64,000 nucleotides of DNA from an uncultured Chloroflexia bacterium (GTDB taxonomy: Bacteria > Chloroflexota > Anaerolineae > CG2-30-64-16): assembly GCA_963774265.1 (NCBI GenBank), contig CAVZDU010000006.1:192001-256000 (forward strand). Reading direction: 5' to 3'. This document shows, piece after piece, positions 51,933-61,857 of this stretch. The translations under genes and the position numbers were made by a program. Below the pieces are notes generated by a model. That model ran no database searches. It saw only the letters and a program-made list of their open reading frames with translations, and was not told the origin of the DNA. Position 1 is the stretch's first letter. Every line of letters begins with the position of its first letter.

Positions 51933-53333
51933 ATGTCTGAAACACTGCCCTTGTGCACCGAAATGGAACTTGCGCCTGATCTGCGTGATGAAGCCCGCCG
52001 GCGCGCTTACCAGGAAAACGCCAAAAACCGCTCCTTCCCAGGGCGCCCACACACTCGCTACTGGCGGAGGGAGGCGCTGCTGAGGGTTCGCTTTCTCGAC
52101 GGCGATCCGTCCTTGCAGCAGCGTGTTGAACAGGCCGCGATGGCATGGTCGCGTTATGCCAACATCACCTTTGCGTTCGGCGACGCAAGCGATGCTGAGA
52201 TACGGATCACGTTCGCCGCGCCCGAGCTCTGGAGTTACGTGGGAACCGACACCCTGCTCGTACCTGCCGGCCAGCCGACCATGTGCCTGGGCGCCTTGAC
52301 GCCAAAGGCGGATGATCAAGCGGTTCGGATCTGCGTACTTCATGCGTTCGGACATGTGCTGGGGTTGACCCATGAGCACCAGGACGCCGCCGGCTGGAGC
52401 GATGAACCCTCCGATGCCGACGCGGAGGTCGCCGGAAAGGTTTATCCCTTCTACAGGTCGGCCCGACCCCCGGCACCACCTCCGCCTGCGCCAAAGGATC
52501 CCGTTGCCGACGTTGGGACCGGCAGCTATGAAGCCTTCAGCATGGGTGGTCCTGGCGTAACTGACGAGGCAGCGCTCAGTGAAGAACGCATCCGCCTCGA
52601 CGTCGCACATCCGGCGGAGGTGTTCGTTGACGAACCGTTCGACCTGGCTGTGGCGGTCCGCCAGCCCGATGCGCCTGTGCTCGCCATCGATGATCTGCCC
52701 AAGGTCCTTTCTGAGGAAGGGTCCGTGTTCCGGCCTGCCGGTGAGGCAATCATCAAGTACCGGATCGAGGTGACAGGGACCGACTGCACGGTAGAGCCAT
52801 CGCACTACGAGATTCTGCTGCGCAAAGACGCCAACTCTCCGCCCCGGTATTTCCAGGTGACCGCCCACAAGCCCGGCCAGCAGTCAATCATCGTCAATGC
52901 GTACCAGGCGGACGAAGCACTGGCCGCACAGACCCGGGTGCGTATCAAGGTGCAGCTTCCTGTCCAGACGCCCACACGCCTTACCGTCACTGAACCGACT
53001 TCACTCATTTCGGAGGTTACTGCCGGTCAAGCTATTGATCTGCTCAAGGGACTGAAAGGACAGTTGATCGACGAACTGATCAGGCTGCCCGTCACGGAAT
53101 CCAATCTCGGGCGCTCCAGCCTGCTGGACGGCATTCCCGGAGCCGATACGTTGAATCGAGATGCAAATATCCGGCGGCTGGACCTGGACCTGATCGTCAC
53201 GCAATTGGCCCAACGCGGACGCCTGGCCAACGGCGAGATGGCTGTCGTGAAGCTGATCGACAATGCACTGCCCTACGCAAGTGGATTCGAGGGCGAAGGG
53301 AAGCTGCGGGCGATACGGCAGCAGCTATCGTAG
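51933..53333 (+). CDS. Inactive astacin/M12-like zinc metallopeptidase + beta-sandwich + EAD-X protein
   Basis: VRFLDG, WSRYANI.F, AEIRI.F, WSYVGTD, PTM, HAFGHVLGLTHEH; C-terminal shared domain. Confidence 0.7.
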   Translation: MSETLPLCTEMELAPDLRDEARRRAYQENAKNRSFPGRPHTRYWRREALLRVRFLDGDPSLQQRVEQAAMAWSRYANITFAFGDASDAEIRITFAAPELWSYVGTDTLLVPAGQPTMCLGALTPKADDQAVRICVLHAFGHVLGLTHEHQDAAGWSDEPSDADAEVAGKVYPFYRSARPPAPPPPAPKDPVADVGTGSYEAFSMGGPGVTDEAALSEERIRLDVAHPAEVFVDEPFDLAVAVRQPDAPVLAIDDLPKVLSEEGSVFRPAGEAIIKYRIEVTGTDCTVEPSHYEILLRKDANSPPRYFQVTAHKPGQQSIIVNAYQADEALAAQTRVRIKVQLPVQTPTRLTVTEPTSLISEVTAGQAIDLLKGLKGQLIDELIRLPVTESNLGRSSLLDGIPGADTLNRDANIRRLDLDLIVTQLAQRGRLANGEMAVVKLIDNALPYASGFEGEGKLRAIRQQLS

Positions 53334-53382
53334 CAATCTGATCGTTCCCGGCGCATCAATCGGCGCCGAAAGGAGGCAAGCC

Positions 53383-54525
53383 ATGGAGTTTATTGAAATT
53401 CAGCGCAAGCTGGTTGACACCTTGCTCAAGATTCCGGCCATGGAGACACCATCAGGCAGAACGAGCCTCTTGGATGGACTGCCTGACCCGGGCTTGATTC
53501 GCGACCAGAGCATCCCCCGTCTCGATCTGAACCGCATGGTCGGGGGGCTTCAAAAGCTGGGCCGGCTCACCGACCAGGGCGGCACTCGCCCGCTGATCGT
53601 CGTGGTGGACAATGCCCTGGCGTATGTTCCGTCCGGGAGTGAAGTCGCCCAGGTGCTCAACGATGTCAAACGCCTCCTGGCCGAATACTACGGCGGCGAT
53701 GTCCAAGGGGCGGTCGAGACGGTGCAGCAGGACCTGGAGGCGCTGGTCTTCGGCCGGCAGCGCGACAACCGCCTGGCCTACGCCTTTGCTGAGGGCGCGC
53801 TGCGCACGGCCCGCAGCGTGACGCGCTTGAGCGTGCCGCGCATCATCAACGGCTTCCTGCAGCCGGGTGTCGGCTATGGTACAGGCTGGCTGATCGCCCC
53901 AGGGGTCGTTATAACCAATCATCACGTGATCGAGAACCGGGATCTCCGTGGGGGAGAGGCGCCGGCCATCGCTGAAGACTTCAAGGTGCAGGCAGAGTCA
54001 GTGGAGGCGTGGTTCGACTACTACCGGGAAATCGGCGGCGACCCCAAAAAGTGCCGCGGCGCGCAGTTGCTCGCCAGCAACAGGCAGCTGGACTATGCGG
54101 TCATCCAACTAACTGAGGCAGACAAAGTCGCCGACCGCAAGGCGCTTCCTGTCGTCCCTCAACCGCCTACACTGATGCGGGGCGCTCGCATGAACCTGGT
54201 GCAGCACTCTCGCGGCGGCGCGCTGCAATATGCCATCCGCAACAACTTCTTCGTCCGCTTGGGAGATGCTCCGCAGTTCATCCGCTACCAGACCGACAGC
54301 GAGCCCGGCGCATCCGGCTCGCCCGTCTGCAACGACATCTGGCAGGTGGTCGGCCTGCACCACGCCAGCACCGCGGTGCCGCAGGAGCAAGTTCCGCAGG
54401 AAGTGATCGACGGCCAACCCGTGGCGGTGACCATCCTGAACGAGGCGATCGCGATTCACTCAGTTCTGAACGATCTGCCAGCGGATGTCAAACAACGGAT
54501 AACGGACGCGCAAGCCAATCCGTAG
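53383..54525 (+). CDS. EAD-X + trypsin-like (V8-type) serine protease
   Basis: N-terminal shared domain; GTGWLI, TNHHV (His), LDYAV (Asp), GASGSP (Ser), VVGLHH; GGAGG RBS. Confidence 0.85.
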   Translation: MEFIEIQRKLVDTLLKIPAMETPSGRTSLLDGLPDPGLIRDQSIPRLDLNRMVGGLQKLGRLTDQGGTRPLIVVVDNALAYVPSGSEVAQVLNDVKRLLAEYYGGDVQGAVETVQQDLEALVFGRQRDNRLAYAFAEGALRTARSVTRLSVPRIINGFLQPGVGYGTGWLIAPGVVITNHHVIENRDLRGGEAPAIAEDFKVQAESVEAWFDYYREIGGDPKKCRGAQLLASNRQLDYAVIQLTEADKVADRKALPVVPQPPTLMRGARMNLVQHSRGGALQYAIRNNFFVRLGDAPQFIRYQTDSEPGASGSPVCNDIWQVVGLHHASTAVPQEQVPQEVIDGQPVAVTILNEAIAIHSVLNDLPADVKQRITDAQANP

Positions 54526-54607
54526 CGGGCAGGCGCACGATGCTGCCTGCGAACGGGGCCGTAGTGGGCGCAATGGCGAATGCGCGTCAACTACGGCCCC
54601 GTTCGCA
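54522..54607. repeat. GTAG hairpin plus 18-bp perfect inverted repeat (REP/terminator-like)
   Basis: TGCGAACGGGGCCGTAGT (54548-54565) / ACTACGGCCCCGTTCGCA (54590-54607). Confidence 0.7.
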
Positions 54608-54666
54608 AGTGTGGTATCATGCACGGTCGGACCAACCCAGCCATCTCCAAATAGGGAGTCACGTGC

Positions 54667-55371
54667 ATGACCGATGCAATCCGAGCCATTCTTTTCGATC
54701 TCGACGGCACGCTGCTCGACAGCAGCATGGACAAGTTCCTGCCGGTTTATCTTAAGGCGCTGGCCGGCCGGGTGGCGCATCTTTTCGAGCCGAAGGTCTT
54801 CATCGCACATTTGCTGGACGCGACCGAACAGATGATCGCGAACGACGGCCGCGCGACCAACGCCGAGGTGTTCGCCCAGGCCTTTTATCCGTTCGGCGGC
54901 CACAGCCGGGCGGAACTGGAGCCAATCTTCGATGCTTTCTATGCCGAGGATTTTCCGAAGCTCCAGGCCGTGACCCGGCGCAAACCCGAGGCGCGGCACG
55001 TCGTCCAGCTCGCGATTGCGCTGGGTTATGACGTTGCAGTCGTCACCAATCCGCTCTTCCCCGAGACCGCGATCCGCCAGAGGATGCAGTGGGCCGGAGT
55101 AGACGACTTACCATTCAAGTGGGTGACGACCTACGAGAACAGCCGCTATGCCAAGCCGAACTTGCGCTACTTCGACGATGCCTGTTCGCACGTAGGCCAT
55201 GCGCCGGAGAATTGCCTGGTCGTCGGGGATGAGCACATAGACATGGTGGCCAGGCACATCGGGTGCGAGACTTTCCTGGTCGAAGGTCCGGCGACCGCGC
55301 TGAAGCCTGAGACGCCCGAACCGACGCATCGCGGGACACTGGCCGATCTCATGGGCTTACTGGAACGATGA
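54667..55371 (+). CDS. HAD family hydrolase
   Basis: FDLDGTL, VVTNP, KP, VGD...D. Confidence 0.9.
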   Translation: MTDAIRAILFDLDGTLLDSSMDKFLPVYLKALAGRVAHLFEPKVFIAHLLDATEQMIANDGRATNAEVFAQAFYPFGGHSRAELEPIFDAFYAEDFPKLQAVTRRKPEARHVVQLAIALGYDVAVVTNPLFPETAIRQRMQWAGVDDLPFKWVTTYENSRYAKPNLRYFDDACSHVGHAPENCLVVGDEHIDMVARHIGCETFLVEGPATALKPETPEPTHRGTLADLMGLLER

Positions 55372-55426
55372 GACTGGCGGCGAGCGCGCGCTTGAAGCTC
55401 GCCGGCCGGGGAGAAAGCAGCTTCTT

Positions 55427-57314
55427 ATGTTCCGCGAGAATGCGTATTACGGCGAAGTGGGTGTGCTGCACCCGCACGACATCCGCTACGACGCGGGCAA
55501 CCGCGCGTTTTGCAGCCCCCTGCGCGATGGGGGTGTCCGGTTTCGACTGTGGACGGAACCGGGGATGCGTGCAGCGGTCCTGGTGTATAACGACGGCGAA
55601 GTGCGCGCTGCGGAGATGACGCGCACCGCGAGTGACCGCCGCTTCGCGTATTGGGAGGTCGTCATCCACCCCACGGCGGGGCGGTTTACCTACTCCTTCG
55701 CGTTGCGCACAAAAGAAGGCAGGCCGGTCTACTTCACCGAGCACGGCATCGACCACACCGCCGAGGTGATGGACCGCTGGGAGCTCAATCTCGACGCGGC
55801 GCCACCCCACGAGATCCCGACGTGGGCGCAGGGTGCAGTGATCTACCAGATTTTCCCCGAGCGGTTCCGCAACGGCGATGGGGCGAACGATCCGCCGGGG
55901 GTCGTGCCGTGGGGTACGGCGCCGCGCTGGCGGGACTTTCAGGGCGGCGACCTGGCCGGGATCGCAGAGAAGGCGGACTACCTGCACGACCTGGGTGTGG
56001 ACCTGGTCTACCTGACGCCGATCTTCGCCAGCCCCTCGACGCACAAATACGACTGCATGGACTTCCTGCACGTCGATCCCCATTTCGGCGGGGATGACGC
56101 CTTGCGCAAACTGGTCGACGCGTTGCACAGCCGGGGGATGCGGATTATGCTCGACGCGTCGTTCAATCATTGCAGTCCTCGTTTCTTCGCGTTTCAGGAC
56201 CTGCTCCAGAACGGCTCCGCGTCGCGCTACCACGACTGGTTCACCGTGCGCGAGTGGCCCGTGCGCGTCAAATATCGGCCCCATCTCGCGCCGGACTTCT
56301 CGGGCGATCCCACCCGCGAGGCGTACACCGCGTGGCGTCTTGAACTCCCGAAACGCACCGGCGTGCCCGTGGTGGAGGTGGCGGACAGCAACGGCCCGTT
56401 CCTCGATCCGACCTACCTGGCGTGGATGGGCGTGCTGGATATGCCTAAGCTAAACCAGCATAACCCCGAAACGCGGCAGTACTTCCTGAACGTGGCGCAA
56501 CACTGGCTCCGCGAGTTCCACATCGACGGCTGGCGCATGGATGTGGCGCGGCATGTCACGTCCGATTTCTGGCTGGATTTCCGCGGCAGCTTGCCACGCG
56601 GTCCGGCCCGATGCGTACCTGGTGGCAGAGATCTGGGGGGACACCTCGCGCTGGCTGCAGGGCGACCGCTTCGACGCGACGATGAACTACTTCTTCCGTG
56701 ATCTGTGCTTGGGGTGGTTCGCGCGGGACGACCTGGACACCGCCGGCTTCCTGGACGGCGTGCAGCAAATGCTGGTGATGTACTCGGCCGAGGTGACGTC
56801 GGTCAACCACAACCTGTTCTCCTCGCACGATGTGCCGCGCTTCCGCCATGAGGCAAGGGAGGACGCGGCTCGGTTGCGACTGGCGACGATTTTCCAGCTC
56901 ACGCTTCCCGGCGCGGCCGGCCTATACTACGGCGACGAGATCGGGATGACGGGCGGCGATGACCCGGACTGCCGCCGCGCATTCCCCTGGGACGCCCCGG
57001 AGACGTGGGATCGGGAAATGCTACAAACGGTGCGAGCCTTGACGCGGCTGCGCAAGGCACAGGCTGCGCTGCGGCTGGGCGATTGGCGCGCGGTGTGGCA
57101 GAAGAAGGACGCGTTCGCGTTCGTGCGGGAGCGCAATGGGGAGCGCGTGATGGTGGTGGTCAATCGCGGGGAAGCGATCGGACGGCTGGTCCTGCCGGTG
57201 CAGGCCGGCAATGCGAGGGTGCTGTTCGGACAGGCTGGGGTGATGGCGGACGCGAACGGCGTCGTCGTAACTGGCGTGCCAACCCTGGACGGAGCCGTAA
57301 TCCGACTTTGGTGA
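55427..57314 (+). CDS. GH13 neopullulanase/cyclomaltodextrinase-like glycosidase (frameshift near 56590)
   Basis: YQIFPERF, GGDL.GI, STHKYD, DASFNH, DGWRMDVA, AEIW, SSHD, YYGDEIG. Confidence 0.9.
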
Positions 57315-57350
57315 CTGATAGGGGCAGCGCAAGTGTGTGCCGCCCCTATC
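57315..57350. terminator. Hairpin between convergent genes (REP-like / bidirectional terminator)
   Basis: GATAGGGGCAGC...GCCGCCCCTATC. Confidence 0.55.
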
Positions 57351-57363
57351 GGTCCGGACGCCG

Positions 57364-57780
57364 TCAGCCCTTCTTCGCAAATGTGCGAAGCGTCTTCAGC
57401 ACCCAGAAGATGACCCACCCGATGAAGAGCATGCCTGCCATGCTCCTCTTCATGGGGTCGACGAGCGGCTCCCAGGCCGCACCGCTCTGGTCGATGCGGA
57501 TGTAGCCCATCGGCCGCGCCAGGCCGCCGCCACCCCCGCCACCGCCTTCACCGGTCTTTGCCTCAGCGTCCGCCGCGCCTTCCTCAGCGCCGGCCCCCTT
57601 CGGGCCGCGGCCCCAGCCCTGCCCGCTGCCGAAGCCGTAGCCCACGGTCGCCACGGGGATCAAGGTTACGTCGCCTTGCTGAGTCGGCTCGCCGAACGCG
57701 GCCGACACGTTCAGACGTTGAATCATCTCTTCGATCTGCGCGCTGGCTTTGGCGTGTGCCTCGCGGATTTGCTCTTCCAT
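57364..57780 (-). CDS. GerW/YtfJ family protein
   Basis: AAFGEP...TLIPVATVGYGFGSG...GGGGGGG..ARPMGYI. Confidence 0.8.
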   Translation of the reverse strand: MEEQIREAHAKASAQIEEMIQRLNVSAAFGEPTQQGDVTLIPVATVGYGFGSGQGWGRGPKGAGAEEGAADAEAKTGEGGGGGGGGLARPMGYIRIDQSGAAWEPLVDPMKRSMAGMLFIGWVIFWVLKTLRTFAKKG

Positions 57781-57791
57781 TAATGCGCCTC

Positions 57792-58112
57792 CTATTGGAA
57801 CAACTTACGTGCGATTGGGATGACCAGGCAGACAGCGGCGACGACGAGCGCGATCATGCTCATCGCGGCCACGGCCCGCGCGTTCACGTCGGTGAGCTCG
57901 ATTTCCTCGGTGCGGCCGTACGAATCCCGCACGCTGATTTTGACGGGCGTCAGCTTGAGCAAGGCATATCCGAATTGATGTCCTTCACCCCCGCTGGTCC
58001 CCCACCGGCCCTGTAGGCGTGCAAACGGGGTCACGTCATGGCGCCCCGCGCTGATTGTATCGCCGATCAGCTCTCGATCGATCCGTTCGTTGGTGCTAAA
58101 AGGCTCTTCCAT
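57792..58112 (-). CDS. Hypothetical protein, GerW/YtfJ-like with C-terminal TM helix
   Basis: GDTISAG..VTPFAR...LKLTPV pattern; co-oriented with the GerW-like gene. Confidence 0.5.
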   Translation of the reverse strand: MEEPFSTNERIDRELIGDTISAGRHDVTPFARLQGRWGTSGGEGHQFGYALLKLTPVKISVRDSYGRTEEIELTDVNARAVAAMSMIALVVAAVCLVIPIARKLFQ

Positions 58113-58122
58113 CAGCCCTCCC

Positions 58123-59440
58123 CTAGATTACCTGCGTCTTCACCTGTCCGCGCAGGAGCGCCAGCAGTCGCCCTTGGTCGCAGTACGGCAGGATCTGCGC
58201 TGCGCGTTGCAGCCGTCCCCGCCGCATGTATGCCAGGAGCTCTTCCTCCAGCCACGGCACGCGGATCGTGATGCCTTCCAGTTTCACCGTAGTTTCTGTG
58301 AGAGAAACCGTCGGCGCCCAAGCGTCGCCTTCCCGCCGATGCAGGTCGCCCATGATCTCCACATCGACGCCCTCGAAATTGAACCGCGCAAAATGTGACC
58401 GATATACGCCGTTGTCGCTCTGCGTCACCGGCCCGAGGAGGTGCGCGCCGAACAACTCGGCGCAGCGATATACCCCCGCAGCATCTGTCTCGATGTCGAT
58501 GTCCTTCACCTTCAGGGGCACACCGTGGAGCGTCGCGGATGCGCCGGCGATGACCTTGCAGGGAATGCCCGCTTCATCCATCCGCCGCACGACCTGGACC
58601 AGCACGCTACGCCACGCCGGATTGTGGGCCACGACCAGCAGATGCTCGACCGCACCCCGCAGTGTCCCTTCGTGCGCCGCACGCCAGTTCGCCTCCAGCC
58701 ACCAGTCCCAGGCCGGTCCGGTCAGCGCATTGACGCCGCCATCCTCGATGACGCTCACCAACCCCTCGACCGCCAAGATCTGGTCGATCTCCAACCCAGC
58801 GCGACGCACCAATGGCTCGACCTCGTCCGGGTGGGCGAAGTAAGCCACGAAACCCCCACCCTCGCCCGGCGGCAACTGGCCGGTCTGCTCGATGGTTTCG
58901 TAGAGGCCGGGCAGCGTGAGCGGCTCCGTGATGTAGTGCACGGCCGCGTTCGCGATGCGCGGCGTAACGGGTAATAAACGCGGCGAACAGCGGACCGCCT
59001 GGCTTTAGCACCCGCCGCGCCTCCGACAACGCCCGGATGCGCTCCTCCTCATCAAGCAGATGATAGAGCGGTCCCATGAGGAGCACAGCATCGAAGCTGT
59101 CCTCCACGTAGCGGGACAGGTCCAACGCGGTCCCTTGCTCGATCGCGGCGAGGGCAACGCCTGCCTCCACCGCCTTCTCTCGCGCCAACGCCAGATTGCC
59201 CGCGGACAGGTCGAACAACGTCACCTCGTAGCCCAGCCGCGCCAGTTCAATGGCGTAATACCCTGGTCCACCCCCACAGTCGAGCACGCGGCTCGGGGCC
59301 GGCGGCAGGTGTTGCGCCAGGGCGCGCAGGGTGATCGCGAATTCGGTCCGATGCCGCTCAGCCCGCTCCCACTCGCGCTGCGGGTTGCTATCGTATAGCT
59401 GTTCGACTGCGGCTCGGGTTGCCGCCCGATCTGTCAACAT
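58123..59440 (-). CDS. Class I SAM methyltransferase fused to a C-terminal nucleotidyltransferase-like domain (frameshift near 58955)
   Basis: VLDCGGGPG, LLMGPLYHL; C-terminal GIPCKVIAGASATLHG...KDIDIETD...VDVEIMG. Confidence 0.75.
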
Positions 59441-59525
59441 GAGTCACACCGTCGATCCAGGTTCGTCTCCGTGTTCCTTGCGAAGCATCCCTGTGGGACA
59501 CAGTGGTGAATCCTGCTCCCTGCCT

Positions 59526-59873
59526 TTACGCCCTCTCGACAACCGCCGCAGTGCCGTAGGCCAGCACCTCGGTCATGCTTTCGCCCATCTCGGTCGCGTC
59601 GTAGCGCACGGCGATGATGGCATTCGCGCCCTTCTCCGCTGCGTGCTGCATCATCAGGTCGAAAGCTTCTTCGCGCGCCTCCTCACAAACCGTGACGTAC
59701 TCGTGAATCTTGCCGCCCACCATGCTGCGCAGCCCCGCGGCGACCTGGCCTGCCAGCCCGCGCGAGCGGACGGTTATCCCGCGCACCACGCCCAGGCTGC
59801 GCACGACACGATAGCCGTGCAGTTCGTTAGCGGTTGTCGTCATGCTGATGTCCATCGGAAGGTTGCCTTTCAT
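59526..59873 (-). CDS. YbjQ/UPF0145 family protein
   Basis: LGVVRG.TVRSR...GG...EAREEA...GANAIIAVRYD...EVLAYGTA. Confidence 0.9.
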   Translation of the reverse strand: MKGNLPMDISMTTTANELHGYRVVRSLGVVRGITVRSRGLAGQVAAGLRSMVGGKIHEYVTVCEEAREEAFDLMMQHAAEKGANAIIAVRYDATEMGESMTEVLAYGTAAVVERA

Positions 59874-59876
59874 GCT

Positions 59877-60881
59877 TCAGTTGGCCGTGTTCGATGCATC
59901 GAAACGCCGCAAATCTTCCGTGTGCTCGCGGTCGTGGTCGATGGCCATGTAGAACCAGTTATAGGGCGTGCCCCCAAGCGGGCCTTCGAACGCGGTGTTA
60001 AGCGCTTCATCGTCGAGAGTCCGCAGGAGGGCCAGCAGCTCGCGACGCGCTGCCAGGAAGTCGCCCCACGTCTTCTCCCACGATTCGCCCAGGCGGGCCG
60101 CGGCCTTCTCCGCGTTCCACCGGTCGAGGTTCCAGTCGGATTCGGCCGCGGGTTCTTCGCGGGCCAGTATCGCGCGGATGAACACCAGCGCCTGCAACTC
60201 CCAGTCCGTCACATGGCCGATGAGATCCTTGAGCGTCCATGTGCCGGCGATCGGCCGCGTCTCCTGTTCCTGAGGGGGCACGAACGCCATGTGCGCCAGC
60301 AGCGCCTCGCGGCGCGCATTAAGTGCTGCGGCGAGGACCGAACCGGGTCCGGATGTGTGCCATGTGTCCTGCGCGGCCTCGCCCAGCGTGGTCCGCCACT
60401 CCCGGAGGTGGCTGGCGTGCTCCGCGTCGTGTTTGATGCAGATCTCGATCCAGCGCGCGGCGGTCGGCTGCCCCCATGGAACGCCGATGACTGCGTGCAG
60501 GGCCCCAGGGGGGATGTCGTTGAACGCCGCAAGCAGTTCCGCGCGGCCCGTGGTGAGCGCAGCGAGCGAGCGGTCTAGGGTCCAAACGCGCCGCTCCTGG
60601 CTGGTACGCGCGTTGCGCTCGTCCACATCGACGGGCTGAATCGCTGCGCCCCGGCCCGCGAGCACCTCCTCCAACCGCATCGCAAAGAACTCATCCCAAC
60701 TGGCGATGTGGGTCAGAATGTTGGCTGCGGTCGAGTCATCGAAGACGGGCTGCGTAGTCAGCGTCTCCGCGGGGAGGCCGGTAAGCTGTTCGAGTAGTTC
60801 CGCGCGACCGAGGAGCAGCCGCGCGACCAAACGCATCCGATCGGCCGCGAGGATTTCAAGGTTTGTATCGGTATGTGACAT
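59877..60881 (-). CDS. Tandem DinB family protein
   Basis: Two repeats: ILTHIASWD...HDAEH and WTLKDLIGHVTDWE...HDREH. Confidence 0.85.
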   Translation of the reverse strand: MSHTDTNLEILAADRMRLVARLLLGRAELLEQLTGLPAETLTTQPVFDDSTAANILTHIASWDEFFAMRLEEVLAGRGAAIQPVDVDERNARTSQERRVWTLDRSLAALTTGRAELLAAFNDIPPGALHAVIGVPWGQPTAARWIEICIKHDAEHASHLREWRTTLGEAAQDTWHTSGPGSVLAAALNARREALLAHMAFVPPQEQETRPIAGTWTLKDLIGHVTDWELQALVFIRAILAREEPAAESDWNLDRWNAEKAAARLGESWEKTWGDFLAARRELLALLRTLDDEALNTAFEGPLGGTPYNWFYMAIDHDREHTEDLRRFDASNTAN

Positions 60882-60980
60882 GGGAGACGATCCTCCTTAA
60901 ACAATACGCAGGGCAGGCGGTTTGTGTTGCGGGGCTGGATCACCCAAGCACGGAGATGCGCGAAGGCGCCGAGCAGCGAC

Positions 60981-61857
60981 TCAACGCCCACCCATGCCGC
61001 TGAGCGTAATCCCCTGGACGAAGGTCTTCTGTGCGAGGAGGTAGATTACGAGGACCGGCAGCAGCGCGAGCACCGAGCCGGCCATCAGCAGGTTCCACGC
61101 CGTGCTGTACTGGCCGACGAAGTAGGAGAGGCCAATGGGGATGGTGCGCATCTGCTCGGAGCCGGTGACGACCAGCGGCCACAGGAAGTCGTTCCAGGTG
61201 GCCTGGAAAGTGAAGATGGCGAGCGCCGCCATCACCGGCCAGCTGAGCGGCACGATGATCTGCCACCAGATGCGCAGGCTGGACGCGCCGTCCATCCGCG
61301 CCGCCTCGTCCAGGTCGAGCGGGAATGCCGCGGTAGTATTGGCGCAGCAGGAATGTGCTCGAGCGCGCTGAAAAGGCCGGGGACGATCAGCGCCAGATAG
61401 CGTGTCGTACCAGCCCAGGTTCTTGATGATGAGGAAGTTGGGGATCAGCGTCACCTGCGACGGGATCATGAGCGTGGCCAGGTAGAGCAGGAAGATGCGC
61501 CTCGCGGCCGCGGAAACGCAGCCGGGCAAACGCGAACGCGGCCAGCGACGAAATGAGGAGTCTGCAGCACAGTCACGGTGACGGTGACGATGGTGCTGTT
61601 CAGGAAGTAGCGGCCGAAGGGGATCACCCGGAACGTCTCGAAGTAGTTGTTGAGCGTGATCTGGTTGAGCGGAAAGCGGCGCGACAGCAACGCCTCATTC
61701 GGCCACAGCGAGACAGCATAATGAACGCCAGCATGATACTGCCGAGACGGCGCAAAGCGATGATGGCAGGCTGCCGAGAAGTTCGACGCGACGGCGTACT
61801 AGCACGATCCGTCTGCGACCGGCACGTTCACGCGCAGCGCGCGTCACTCTGTTTCAT
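60981..61857 (-). CDS. Carbohydrate ABC transporter permease (MalG-like), heavily frameshifted, start approximate
   Basis: FLNS, LMIPSQVTLIPNF, LDEAARMDGAS (EAA motif), WNDFLWPL, FVQGI. Confidence 0.8.

Noticed and set aside
57364-58112. GerW/YtfJ-like genes as evidence of sporulation
   Set aside because: The family is widespread in non-sporulating prokaryotes, and no other sporulation genes are present.
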